This document shows positions 55,738-64,000 of a stretch of DNA of 64,000 nt, piece by piece. How positions within the stretch are numbered: position 1 is the stretch's first letter; the number at the start of each line of letters is the position of its first letter. The notes under the pieces are model-generated. The model was not told where the DNA came from. It did not search any database and saw only the letters and a program-made list of their open reading frames with translations. The DNA is from an uncultured Deinococcaceae bacterium. Lineage in GTDB: Bacteria; Deinococcota; Deinococci; Deinococcales; Deinococcaceae. Location of the stretch: NCBI GenBank assembly GCA_964252075.1, contig CAXULY010000007.1, forward strand, positions 1 through 64,000. The letters are read 5' to 3'. Made by a program: the position numbers and the translations under genes.

Positions 55738-56112
55738 TCAGCGGTCGGCCTGCGGCGCGCCGTCGTACTGCGAGCGGGCCTCCAGCACCGCCTCCATGTG
55801 CTGCTGCGCCCACTCCCCCATGTCCGTCACGACCCGCTGGAGGCTCTGACCGAGGGGCGTGAGGGTGTACTCCGTGCGGGGCGGCACGACCGGGTACACC
55901 TTGCGCGTCACGAGGCCGTCGCGTTCGAGTTCACGCAGGGTCTGCGTGAGCATCTTCTGGGAGATGCCGTCCACCAGCGCGTGCAGTTCGCTGTAGCGCA
56001 GGGTGCGGCCGCGCAGCGCGTACACAACCAGCATGTTCCACTTCCCGGCGATGAGTTCCAGCACCCGGTTGGACGGGCAGCTGCGGTTCAGCACGTTCGT
56101 CTCCTGCTTCAC
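55738..56112 (-). CDS. HxlR family (MarR/DUF24) transcriptional regulator
   Basis: SCPSNRVLELIAGKW, GISQKMLTQTLRELERDGLV and YPVVPPRTEYTLTPLG. TACAAT lies 6 nt before GTG 56112. Confidence 0.92.
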   Translation of the reverse strand: MKQETNVLNRSCPSNRVLELIAGKWNMLVVYALRGRTLRYSELHALVDGISQKMLTQTLRELERDGLVTRKVYPVVPPRTEYTLTPLGQSLQRVVTDMGEWAQQHMEAVLEARSQYDGAPQADR

Positions 56113-56191
56113 CAGACCATTGTAACGCACCAGAAGGTATGTACTTCCCAAATAGAGTGACAGGACGTAGGCTCCTGGGCAGGAGGCCACC

Positions 56192-57025
56192 ATGATTCTG
56201 ATCACCACCCCCAACGGCAAGGTCGGCAGCGAAGTCGCGAAGCACCTCATTCAGCAGGGCAAACCCGTCCGCGTGGGCGCGCACACCGTCGAGAAGGCGC
56301 GCGCCGCCTTCACCGGCGCGGACGTCGTGCCCTTCGACTTCGGGAACGAAGACGCCATGCGCGCGGCGCTGACCGGCGTCACCCGCCTGTACCTCGCCTC
56401 GCCCGGCGAGATGCCCGCCGAACCCGTGCAGCGCGCCGTGGACCTCGCGCGCGAGGCCGGCGTGCAGCACATCGTGCGGCTCTCGGCGCTCGGCGTCGAG
56501 CAGAGCGACAACCCCCTGCGTGATGTGGAGCGCCACATCGAGCACTCCGGCGTCGCCTGGACCTTCCTGCGCCCCAACTGGTTCATGCAGAACTACAACA
56601 CCGCGTCCGCCCAGGCGGTGCGGGACGGCGTGCTGGCGGAACCCGCCGGGGACGGCGCCACCGGCTACGTGGACGCCCGCGACATCGCGGCGGTCGCGGT
56701 CGCGACCCTCACGCAGGACGGCCACGCCGGGCAGGCGTACGCCCTCACCGGCCCCGCCGCCCTCACGCGCGCGCAGGTGGCGGAGGTGCTGTCCCGCGTG
56801 ACGGGACGCGAGGTGCGCTACACATCCATCAGCGAGGCGCAGTTCCAGGAGGGCCTGCGCGGCGCGGGGCTCCCGGAAGCCTACGTGGGCCTCATGACGG
56901 CCCTGTACCAGGTGGTGCGCGCCGGGCACACCGCCACCGTCACGGACGACGTGCAGCGCGTCACCCAGCGTCCCGCCACGACCTTCGAGCAGTTCGCGCG
57001 CGACCACGCGGACGCCTGGCGCTGA
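56192..57025 (+). CDS. NmrA-like atypical SDR NAD(P)-binding oxidoreductase
   Basis: ILITTPNGKVG, WTFLRPNWFMQN, VDARDIAAVA and YALTGP. AGGAGG RBS. Confidence 0.88.
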   Translation: MILITTPNGKVGSEVAKHLIQQGKPVRVGAHTVEKARAAFTGADVVPFDFGNEDAMRAALTGVTRLYLASPGEMPAEPVQRAVDLAREAGVQHIVRLSALGVEQSDNPLRDVERHIEHSGVAWTFLRPNWFMQNYNTASAQAVRDGVLAEPAGDGATGYVDARDIAAVAVATLTQDGHAGQAYALTGPAALTRAQVAEVLSRVTGREVRYTSISEAQFQEGLRGAGLPEAYVGLMTALYQVVRAGHTATVTDDVQRVTQRPATTFEQFARDHADAWR

Positions 57026-57093
57026 GGGACCCGGACCGGGCGGGGGCGCGCCCATCAGCGTTCCTTGAGGCTCGCGCGGCGTAGGCTCCAGGC

Positions 57094-57582
57094 ATGACGG
57101 ACCCCAACCTGGATCAGGCGCTGCGCGCGCACCTGCGCGCCCTGCTCACCGCCCATCAGGCGCACGCCACCTTCGACGACGCGGTCAAGGACTTCCCCGA
57201 AGCGAAATGGAATGACCGCCCGCACGGCCTCCCCTACTCCGCGTGGGAGCTGCTGGAGCACCTGCGGTTCACGCAGCGCGACCTGCTGAACTTCATGCGC
57301 GACCCGCAGTACCACGCGCCGAACTGGCCGGACGACTACTGGCCGGGCCGCGTGCACCCGGCGGACGCGCGGGCGTGGCGCGCCTCCGTGGACGCCTACC
57401 GCGAAGACCACGCCGCCCTCGTGAAGCTGCTGGACGACCCGCACACGGACCTGCTGGCGCGCATCCCGTGGGGAGACGGGCAGACGCCGCTGCGCGAGCT
57501 GCTGCTGGCCGCCGACCACAACGCCTACCACATTGGCGAGCTGGTGCTGCTGCGGCGCCTGCTGGGCGCGTGGCCCGCGTGA
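57094..57582 (+). CDS. DinB family protein
   Basis: [15 protein letters not shown] and [16 protein letters not shown]is motifs. Confidence 0.88.
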   Translation: MTDPNLDQALRAHLRALLTAHQAHATFDDAVKDFPEAKWNDRPHGLPYSAWELLEHLRFTQRDLLNFMRDPQYHAPNWPDDYWPGRVHPADARAWRASVDAYREDHAALVKLLDDPHTDLLARIPWGDGQTPLRELLLAADHNAYHIGELVLLRRLLGAWPA

Positions 57583-57610
57583 GCGGACGCGTTCCTGCCA
57601 TACTGCGCGC

Positions 57611-58183
57611 ATGAACGCACCGAAGAAGACGGGCAGGCCGGGGCGCGCGGCGCCCGGCCGAAGCAAGGCGGCCGACAAGCCCGCAGGAGCGCGCGGGCGC
57701 ACCAGCGGCCCCGGCGCGAACGAAGGCAGCAGCCAGGCCCGGCGCGCGCCGACCGGGGCGCGCCAGAAGCCCGGCGGCGCGCGCCGCCCCCGCACCGGCG
57801 AGGCGCCGCCCGCCCTGGACGCCCCGCCCGCCGAGGCGGTGTTCAAGGACCGCGACGGGCAGGCGCACACCTTCCCCGACAGCAGCCTGCGGCGCGTCGC
57901 GGCGCGCCTGCTGACAGAGAAGCGGAAGCTGTGGCGGTACCGGCCCTTCAGCTTTCCGCTGTTCACCAGCACGGGGCGCGAGCAGCAGTTCACGCCGGAT
58001 TTCGTGGTGTACGACAACCAGGAGGCCGTCCTGCGGGTGCTGCTCATCGCGCCGCGCGACACCGCCGAGATCTGGGACCGCCTGGGGCGCTTCAAACGCC
58101 AGTACCCCATGTACCCTTACGAGCTGTGGACGCCAGAGAAACTCGCGCAGTTCACGGGCCCGCGCGGACGCCTGAGCTTCTAA
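57611..58183 (+). CDS. hypothetical protein with a basic disordered N-terminus and a degenerate PD-(D/E)XK-like C-terminal domain
   Basis: Arg/Lys/Gly-rich first ~80 aa, then [25 protein letters not shown] lies 6 nt before the ATG. Confidence 0.65.
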   Translation: MNAPKKTGRPGRAAPGRSKAADKPAGARGRTSGPGANEGSSQARRAPTGARQKPGGARRPRTGEAPPALDAPPAEAVFKDRDGQAHTFPDSSLRRVAARLLTEKRKLWRYRPFSFPLFTSTGREQQFTPDFVVYDNQEAVLRVLLIAPRDTAEIWDRLGRFKRQYPMYPYELWTPEKLAQFTGPRGRLSF

Positions 58184-58340
58184 AGCTACGCACCACACCC
58201 GCGGGAATCGGGCGGTACGCGCCAGGGTATTCCGTTCCTGACTGGAACCGCACGGTGCGCTGCCACACCACGCCGGTTTTTCTGAAGTGCCTTTGAGTGA
58301 CCACCTGCGGGCAGGCCACAAAAGCCCCGGCATACGCGAG

Positions 58341-58372
58341 AAGGAGAGCGCCCATTGATGGGCGCTCTCCTT
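58341..58372. terminator. perfect 15-bp hairpin, possibly a bidirectional terminator
   Basis: AAGGAGAGCGCCCAT-TG-ATGGGCGCTCTCCTT. Confidence 0.65.
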
Positions 58373-58922
58373 TACGACCAATGCCCGCCAGGGCTGGGCC
58401 GCCATCAGCGCGACCCTGCCGGTGGGCTCTCGGCAGCATGTGAGGCGGTTCTCGGTTAAAGTTCAGCGGGCGTGGCCAGTACTGATCTACTGATGGACCG
58501 TGGCCCGTCAACTGGGGAAGATCAATGCCGTCTCAGCCGCGTTCAACGAAATCAGTTTGTGGTGGCCGGACGACAGACCACGCCGCCCCCTCCACACGTT
58601 GTTCCAGCGCCGCGAACAGGCGCCCGGTCCTGTGGAAGTGTTGGCAGCCCCACCGTCATTCAAGCCTGCGGGTGAAGTGTAAAGAATCGTTATGCCCGGC
58701 CCTAAGTCCGCTGCCACAGCGCGCATTCCACGCCCTGTGGCAGCGACTTAATGCTCTTCATGCTTCCAGATTTCTGCCGCGGCCACTGTTTGTTAGGGTT
58801 GAGGCGTGCGTGACCGCCTCGGGCACACCCGAACGGCACGCTGATTGACCATTGCCCCGAGGCCGTGACCCCGCACCTGTCTCACGGCATGGCGGCGCGC
58901 GGCAGGGACAGAGAGGGTTCAC

Positions 58923-61148
58923 ATGAGTCAGCCTGCACCTGAGACGATTGCACCGAACAAATCCGAGGGGAACCTCGCGACCAACACTGCCCCTGCGCAC
59001 AACCTCAAGGTGCTGCCGGGCCAGCCGTACCCGCTGGGCTCCACCTGGGACGGCAAGAGCGTCAACTTCGCCCTGTACAGCGAGAACGCCACGGGCGTCG
59101 AGCTGTGCCTCTTCGACGAGAAGGGCGCCGAGACGCGCGTGCCCGTCAAGGAGCAGACGGCGTTCGTGTGGCACTGCTGCATTCCCGACCTGCAGCCCGG
59201 GCAGCGGTACGGGTACCGTGTGTACGGGGAGTACGCGCCCGATAAGGGCCTGCGCTTCAACCCGAACGTGGTGCTGCTCGACCCGTACGCGCGCGCCGTG
59301 ACCGGCACCGAGAACTTCGAGCGCGGCGTGATGGCGTACAAGATCGGCGAGAACGAGGATTACGACATGCAGGACGCCGAGCAGCTCGGCGTGCCGCTTG
59401 GCGTGGTGATTGACCCGGCCTTCGACTGGTCGGGCGACAGGAGCCCGAACGTGCCGTTTCACCGCACGGTGATTTACGAGGCGCACGTGAAGGGCCTCAC
59501 CATGCTGCACCCGGAGGTCCCGCAGGAGCTGCGCGGCACCTACGCGGGCGTCGCGAGCGAGCCGATCATCCGGCACCTGAAGGACCTCGGCATCACGGCG
59601 CTGGAGGTGCTGCCCGTTCACCAGCACCTGGACGACGGTTTCCTGATCGACAAGGGCCTGCACAACTACTGGGGTTACAACACCGTGAACTTCTTCGTGC
59701 CGGATGTGCGGTACAGCGCGGCGGCGCAGCAGGGCGCGTTGGGCGGCGAGGTGAACGAGTTCAAGGAGATGGTGAAGTCGCTGCACGCGGCGGGCATCGA
59801 GGTGATCCTCGACGTGGTGTACAACCACACCGCCGAAGGCAACCACCTGGGGCCGACCCTGAGCTTCAAGGGCATCGACAACCCCACGTACTACCGCCTC
59901 GTGAGTGACAATCCGCGCTTCTACTACGACACGACTGGCACCGGCAACAGCCTGAATGTGCGCCACCCGCAGACGCTGCAGCTCATCATGGACAGCCTGC
60001 GGTACTGGGTGACGGACATGCACGTGGACGGCTTCCGCTTCGACCTCGCCTCGACGCTCGCGCGCGGCCTCCACGAGGTGGATCAGCTGTCGAGCTTCTT
60101 CACCATCATCCACCAGGACCCGGTTTTGAGTCAGGTGAAGCTCATCGCGGAGCCTTGGGACATCGGCGAGGGCGGCTATCAGGTCGGGAACTTCCCCGTG
60201 AAGTGGGCGGAGTGGAACGGCATCTACCGCGACGCGATGCGCAGCTTCTGGAAGGGCGACGGTGGCCTCGCGGACGAACTCGGGTACCGCCTCACGGGCT
60301 CCAGCGACCTGTACCAGAACGACGGGCGCAAGCCGTACGCCAGCATCAACTTTTTCACGGCGCACGACGGCTTCACGCTGCGCGACCTCGTGAGTTACAA
60401 CGATAAGCACAACGACGCGAACGGCGAGAACAACCAGGACGGCCACAACGACAACCGCAGCTGGAACTGCGGCGTCGAGGGCCCCACCGACGACCCCGAG
60501 GTGAACGCGCTGCGCGCGCGCCAGCAGCGCAACATGCTGGCGACGCTGGTGCTGTCGCAGGGCACGCCGATGCTGCTGGGCGGCGACGAGATGGGGCGCA
60601 CGCAGCAGGGCAACAACAACGCGTACTGCCAGGACAGCGACATCAGCTGGTTCGACTGGGAGCACAAGGACGAGGCGCTGCTGGCCTTCACGCAACGGCT
60701 CATCGCGCTGCGCAGCGAGCACCCGGTGCTGCACCGCCGCAAGTTCTTCTCGGGCCGCCCGATTCGCGGCGGCGTGCGGGACATCATGTGGCTGAAGCAC
60801 GACGGCACCGAGATGAACGACGAGGACTGGCAGAACCCCCAGACGCAGAGCCTCGGCATGCTGCTGGCGGGCGAGGGCCTGCAGGACGAGGACGAGTCCG
60901 GCAAGCCGCTGCGCGACGACACCCTGATGGTGGTGCTGAACGCCAGCCACGTGGACCTGGTGTACGTGCTGCCCGCCCTGGGCGGCGCGCAGACGTGGAC
61001 GCTGCTGATGGACACCGGCAACGACGACGCCAGCGAGCAGGTGAAGGCCGGGGAGCAGACGCCGATGATCGCGCGCAGCCTCAAGCTCTTCCGCGCCGAG
61101 CGCGGCGGGGCGAACCAGGCCGCGCCGAACGCCAGCGCATCGTCCTGA
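58923..61148 (+). CDS. glgX: glycogen debranching enzyme (GH13, GlgX/TreX)
   Basis: [39 protein letters not shown] and AHDGFTLRD. Confidence 0.96.
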   Translation: MSQPAPETIAPNKSEGNLATNTAPAHNLKVLPGQPYPLGSTWDGKSVNFALYSENATGVELCLFDEKGAETRVPVKEQTAFVWHCCIPDLQPGQRYGYRVYGEYAPDKGLRFNPNVVLLDPYARAVTGTENFERGVMAYKIGENEDYDMQDAEQLGVPLGVVIDPAFDWSGDRSPNVPFHRTVIYEAHVKGLTMLHPEVPQELRGTYAGVASEPIIRHLKDLGITALEVLPVHQHLDDGFLIDKGLHNYWGYNTVNFFVPDVRYSAAAQQGALGGEVNEFKEMVKSLHAAGIEVILDVVYNHTAEGNHLGPTLSFKGIDNPTYYRLVSDNPRFYYDTTGTGNSLNVRHPQTLQLIMDSLRYWVTDMHVDGFRFDLASTLARGLHEVDQLSSFFTIIHQDPVLSQVKLIAEPWDIGEGGYQVGNFPVKWAEWNGIYRDAMRSFWKGDGGLADELGYRLTGSSDLYQNDGRKPYASINFFTAHDGFTLRDLVSYNDKHNDANGENNQDGHNDNRSWNCGVEGPTDDPEVNALRARQQRNMLATLVLSQGTPMLLGGDEMGRTQQGNNNAYCQDSDISWFDWEHKDEALLAFTQRLIALRSEHPVLHRRKFFSGRPIRGGVRDIMWLKHDGTEMNDEDWQNPQTQSLGMLLAGEGLQDEDESGKPLRDDTLMVVLNASHVDLVYVLPALGGAQTWTLLMDTGNDDASEQVKAGEQTPMIARSLKLFRAERGGANQAAPNASASS

Positions 61149-61277
61149 GACCCGCGAGGGAGGCGCGGCGCCCGGGGCAGCCCGGGCGCCGCGCCAGGAA
61201 GGTCGTGATGAAATGACAACGATGCTGCCCAGCGCGCCGGGAGCGGCGCGCGCCCTCGCGGCCCAGGTGGGGCCGTC

Positions 61278-63071
61278 ATGACGGTCACCCCGGACCCCAC
61301 GGCGCAGTCGGAGCGCGGGTGGGCGCCGCACCTGGGCGCCTTCCCGGCTGAGGGCGGCACCTGCTTCCGCCTGTGGACGACCCGCGCGCAGGAGGCGGCC
61401 GTCGTGGTGAACGGCGAGACGCACCCCATGACGCCCCTCGGGGACGGGGTGTTCGAGACGGTGCTGCCGGTGGGGGCGGGCGCCCGCTACCGCTTCGCGC
61501 TGGACCGCGAGACGCTGCCGGACCCCTACGCGCGCTTCCTGCCGGATGGCGTGCACGGCGATGCCGAGGTCATTGACCTGGGCGCGTACCGCTGGCAGCA
61601 CCCGCCCGCTCCGCGCCCGCTCACGCAGAGCGTGATCTACGAGCTGCACCTGGGCACCTTCACGCCCGAGGGGACGCTGCGCGCCGCGCAGGAGCGCCTC
61701 CCGTACCTGCGCGACCTGGGCGTCACGACGGTGGAACTCATGCCGCTCGCCGCCTTCCCCGGTCGTCGCGGCTGGGGGTACGACGGCGTGGCCCTGTACG
61801 CGCCCTTCGCGGGCTACGGGCGGCCTGAGGACGTGCAGGCCTTCGTGGACGCCGCGCACGGACTGGGCCTGAGCGTGCTGCTGGATGTGGTGTACAACCA
61901 TTTCGGGCCGGACGGCAATTACCTGGCGCGCTACAGCACCGGGTACTTCACGGACCGCTTCCACACCCCGTGGGGCGGCGGGCTGGACTACCGCGAGCCG
62001 CACATGCGCCGCCTCGTGATCGAGAACGCCCTGATGTGGCTCACCGAGTACCGCTTCGATGGCCTGCGGCTGGACGCCACGCAGGAAATCCACGATGACT
62101 CCGAGGTGCACGTCTTGCGGGAGCTCGCCAGCCGCATTCACGCGCTCGATGGGGAGCACCTGCTCATCGCGGAGGACTACCTGAACCGCCCCCCGCTGAT
62201 CCTGGAGGACCGCCTGGACGCCGTGTGGGTGGATGACTTTCACCACACGGTGCGCACGAGCCTGACGGACGAGCGCGACGGGTATTACGCGCCGTTCGAG
62301 CGGGGCGCGTCCGCCATCGCGCACGCGGTGCGGCGCGGCTGGGTGTACGAGGGTCAGACGTGGCCGCTGGACGGCGACCTGAAGGACCGCCCGCGCGGCG
62401 CGCCCGCCGACGCGCTGCGCGCCGACAACATGATTTACTTCGTGCAGAACCACGACCAGATCGGGAACCGCGCGCACGGCGACCGACTGGACGCCTTCCC
62501 GGGCGTGGGCGCGGCGGGCCTGCGCGGCGCGACGCTGCTGCTTCTGACGCTGCCCATGACGCCCCTGCTGTTCATGGGGCAGGAGTGGGCGGCGGGCACG
62601 CCGTTTCTGTTCTTCAGCGACCACAAGGGCGAGCTGGGGCACAAGGTGAGCGAGGGCCGCGCGCAGGAGTTCGGGCACTTCGCGGGCTTCGACGGGAACG
62701 TCCCGGACCCGCAGGACACCTCGACCTTCCAGGCGAGCGTGCTGAACTGGGCGGAGCAGCAGGAAGGCGAGCACGCGCGCACGCTGGCCGCCGTGCGGGC
62801 GGCCTTGCGCCTGCGCCACGAGGACCCGGTGCTGCAGGACGCCACGCGGGACGGCCTGGACGCCGGGAGTGACGGGGACGTGCTGTGGGTGCGGCGCTGG
62901 GACGCGCGCGGTGAGCGGGTGCTGCTGTGGAACCTCGGGGAGGCGCGCGCGGTGCGGGACCTGAACCTGCCGTTCGCGCTGCCGGACACGCGCCTGCTGT
63001 CGAGTGAGGGGCGCACGGAGGATGACTTGATGTACCACGAAGCCGTGCTGTTCGCCGGGGGTGCGGCGTGA
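61278..63071 (+). CDS. treZ: malto-oligosyltrehalose trehalohydrolase
   Basis: [52 protein letters not shown] and LFMGQEW. Confidence 0.95.
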   Translation: MTVTPDPTAQSERGWAPHLGAFPAEGGTCFRLWTTRAQEAAVVVNGETHPMTPLGDGVFETVLPVGAGARYRFALDRETLPDPYARFLPDGVHGDAEVIDLGAYRWQHPPAPRPLTQSVIYELHLGTFTPEGTLRAAQERLPYLRDLGVTTVELMPLAAFPGRRGWGYDGVALYAPFAGYGRPEDVQAFVDAAHGLGLSVLLDVVYNHFGPDGNYLARYSTGYFTDRFHTPWGGGLDYREPHMRRLVIENALMWLTEYRFDGLRLDATQEIHDDSEVHVLRELASRIHALDGEHLLIAEDYLNRPPLILEDRLDAVWVDDFHHTVRTSLTDERDGYYAPFERGASAIAHAVRRGWVYEGQTWPLDGDLKDRPRGAPADALRADNMIYFVQNHDQIGNRAHGDRLDAFPGVGAAGLRGATLLLLTLPMTPLLFMGQEWAAGTPFLFFSDHKGELGHKVSEGRAQEFGHFAGFDGNVPDPQDTSTFQASVLNWAEQQEGEHARTLAAVRAALRLRHEDPVLQDATRDGLDAGSDGDVLWVRRWDARGERVLLWNLGEARAVRDLNLPFALPDTRLLSSEGRTEDDLMYHEAVLFAGGAA

Positions 63072-64000
63072 CGCCCGCGCGCGCCAGTTACCGCCTGCAG
63101 GTGCACGCGGGCTTCGACTTCGCCGCCGCGCAGAAGGTCGTACCGTACCTCGCGCGGCTGGGCATCACGGAGCTGTACCTCTCCCCCATCTGGCAGGCGG
63201 AGCCGGGCAGCATGCACGGGTACAACGTCACGGACCACGCGCGCGTGAACAGTGAGCTGGGCGGCGAGCGGGCCTACTCGAAGCTCGCGGCGGCCGCGCG
63301 CGCCGCGGGGCTGGGCGTCATCGTGGATTTCGTGCCAAACCACATGGGCGTGGGCGGCGGGCACAACCCGTACTGGGAGGACCTGCTGCAGAACGGCCGC
63401 GCGAGTCCCTACCGGGAGTTCTTCGATGTGGACTGGCAGCCCCTGCGCCGCAGTCTGGACGGCAAGGTGCTGCTCCCCACCCTGGGCGATCAGTACGGGG
63501 TGGTGCTCGCGAACGGCGAGCTGGTGCTGGAGCAGGACGGCGGGCAGTTCTTCGTGCGGTACTACGAGCGGCGCTTCCCGGTGTCGCCGCGCACGGTGGC
63601 GCCGCTGCTGGAGGAGGCCGCGCGCGCCAGCGGCCTCGACCCGGACGACGCGGACCGCATGGAGCTGGACTCCGTGGCGACGCAGGCGCGCAACCTGCCG
63701 CGCAGCGACGACGAACCGGACCTTGACGCGCGGCTCGTGCGCGCGCGGGAGAGTCAGGTCATGCAGCGGCGGCTGGAGGCGCTTCTCGCGCGCAGCCGCG
63801 CCGTGAAGGACGCCCTCACCGCGACGGTCGGCGCGTGGAACGCCGCCGAGAACCGCGACCGCATGGACACGCTCCTCATGGACCAGAACTACCGCCTGGC
63901 CTTCTGGCGCGTGGCGAGCGAGGAGATCAATTACCGGCGCTTCTTCGACATCAACGACCTCGCGGCGCTGCGCATGGAGGACCCGCGCGTGTTCGAGTGG
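63068..64000 (+). CDS. treY: malto-oligosyltrehalose synthase, 5' part (runs off the window)
   Basis: GTG overlaps the treZ stop. Reads [38 protein letters not shown] and [13 protein letters not shown]. Not in the ORF track because there is no stop in the window. Confidence 0.93.
   Translation, partial: MTPARASYRLQVHAGFDFAAAQKVVPYLARLGITELYLSPIWQAEPGSMHGYNVTDHARVNSELGGERAYSKLAAAARAAGLGVIVDFVPNHMGVGGGHNPYWEDLLQNGRASPYREFFDVDWQPLRRSLDGKVLLPTLGDQYGVVLANGELVLEQDGGQFFVRYYERRFPVSPRTVAPLLEEAARASGLDPDDADRMELDSVATQARNLPRSDDEPDLDARLVRARESQVMQRRLEALLARSRAVKDALTATVGAWNAAENRDRMDTLLMDQNYRLAFWRVASEEINYRRFFDINDLAALRMEDPRVFEW

Noticed and set aside
58758..63038. 1426-aa minus-strand ORF, and similar long antisense ORFs (29156-31894, 36690-39086, 49268-52045, 16808-19012)
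   Set aside because: Shadow frames opposite well-supported genes. High GC3 bias removes stop codons, and no motifs are present.

Overview
64 kb of very GC-rich bacterial chromosome that is most consistent with a Deinococcus-lineage genome. The support for this is an RDRM-like palindrome upstream of uvrD, many apparently leaderless genes, and the presence of bshC and treXZY. Most of the window is core metabolism: cmk-plsC, three PPIases, hisZG, tRNA-Arg(CCG), sufCBD, an exbB-exbD-TonB/TolA-like cluster, an acyl-CoA ligase, comB/tagA-like genes, crp-bshC-clc, ABC components, secA, bcp, tsaD, uppP and uvrD. It also holds an Rrf2-linked sulfate assimilation cluster (DUF4395-sir-cysC-cysH-sat plus an SsuABC-like transporter), a SAM-I riboswitch with metH-metF, an MFS/CGNR pair, an HxlR/NmrA pair, and glgX-treZ-treY (treY cut by the window edge). 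No CRISPR, integrase or transposase was seen. The best leads are: a non-canonical TonB/TolA-like energiser with a very long spacer and unusual C-terminal domain; paired Rrf2-type boxes with a possibly repurposed transporter in the cys cluster; a tandem CTTACC-N18-GGTAAG operator next to an ABATE/CGNR gene; leaderless uORFs overlapping the bshC and comB starts; a GT2 pseudogene; a frameshifted GNAT start; and a structured 740-bp intergenic region before glgX. All family calls come from motif recognition by eye; no database search was run.
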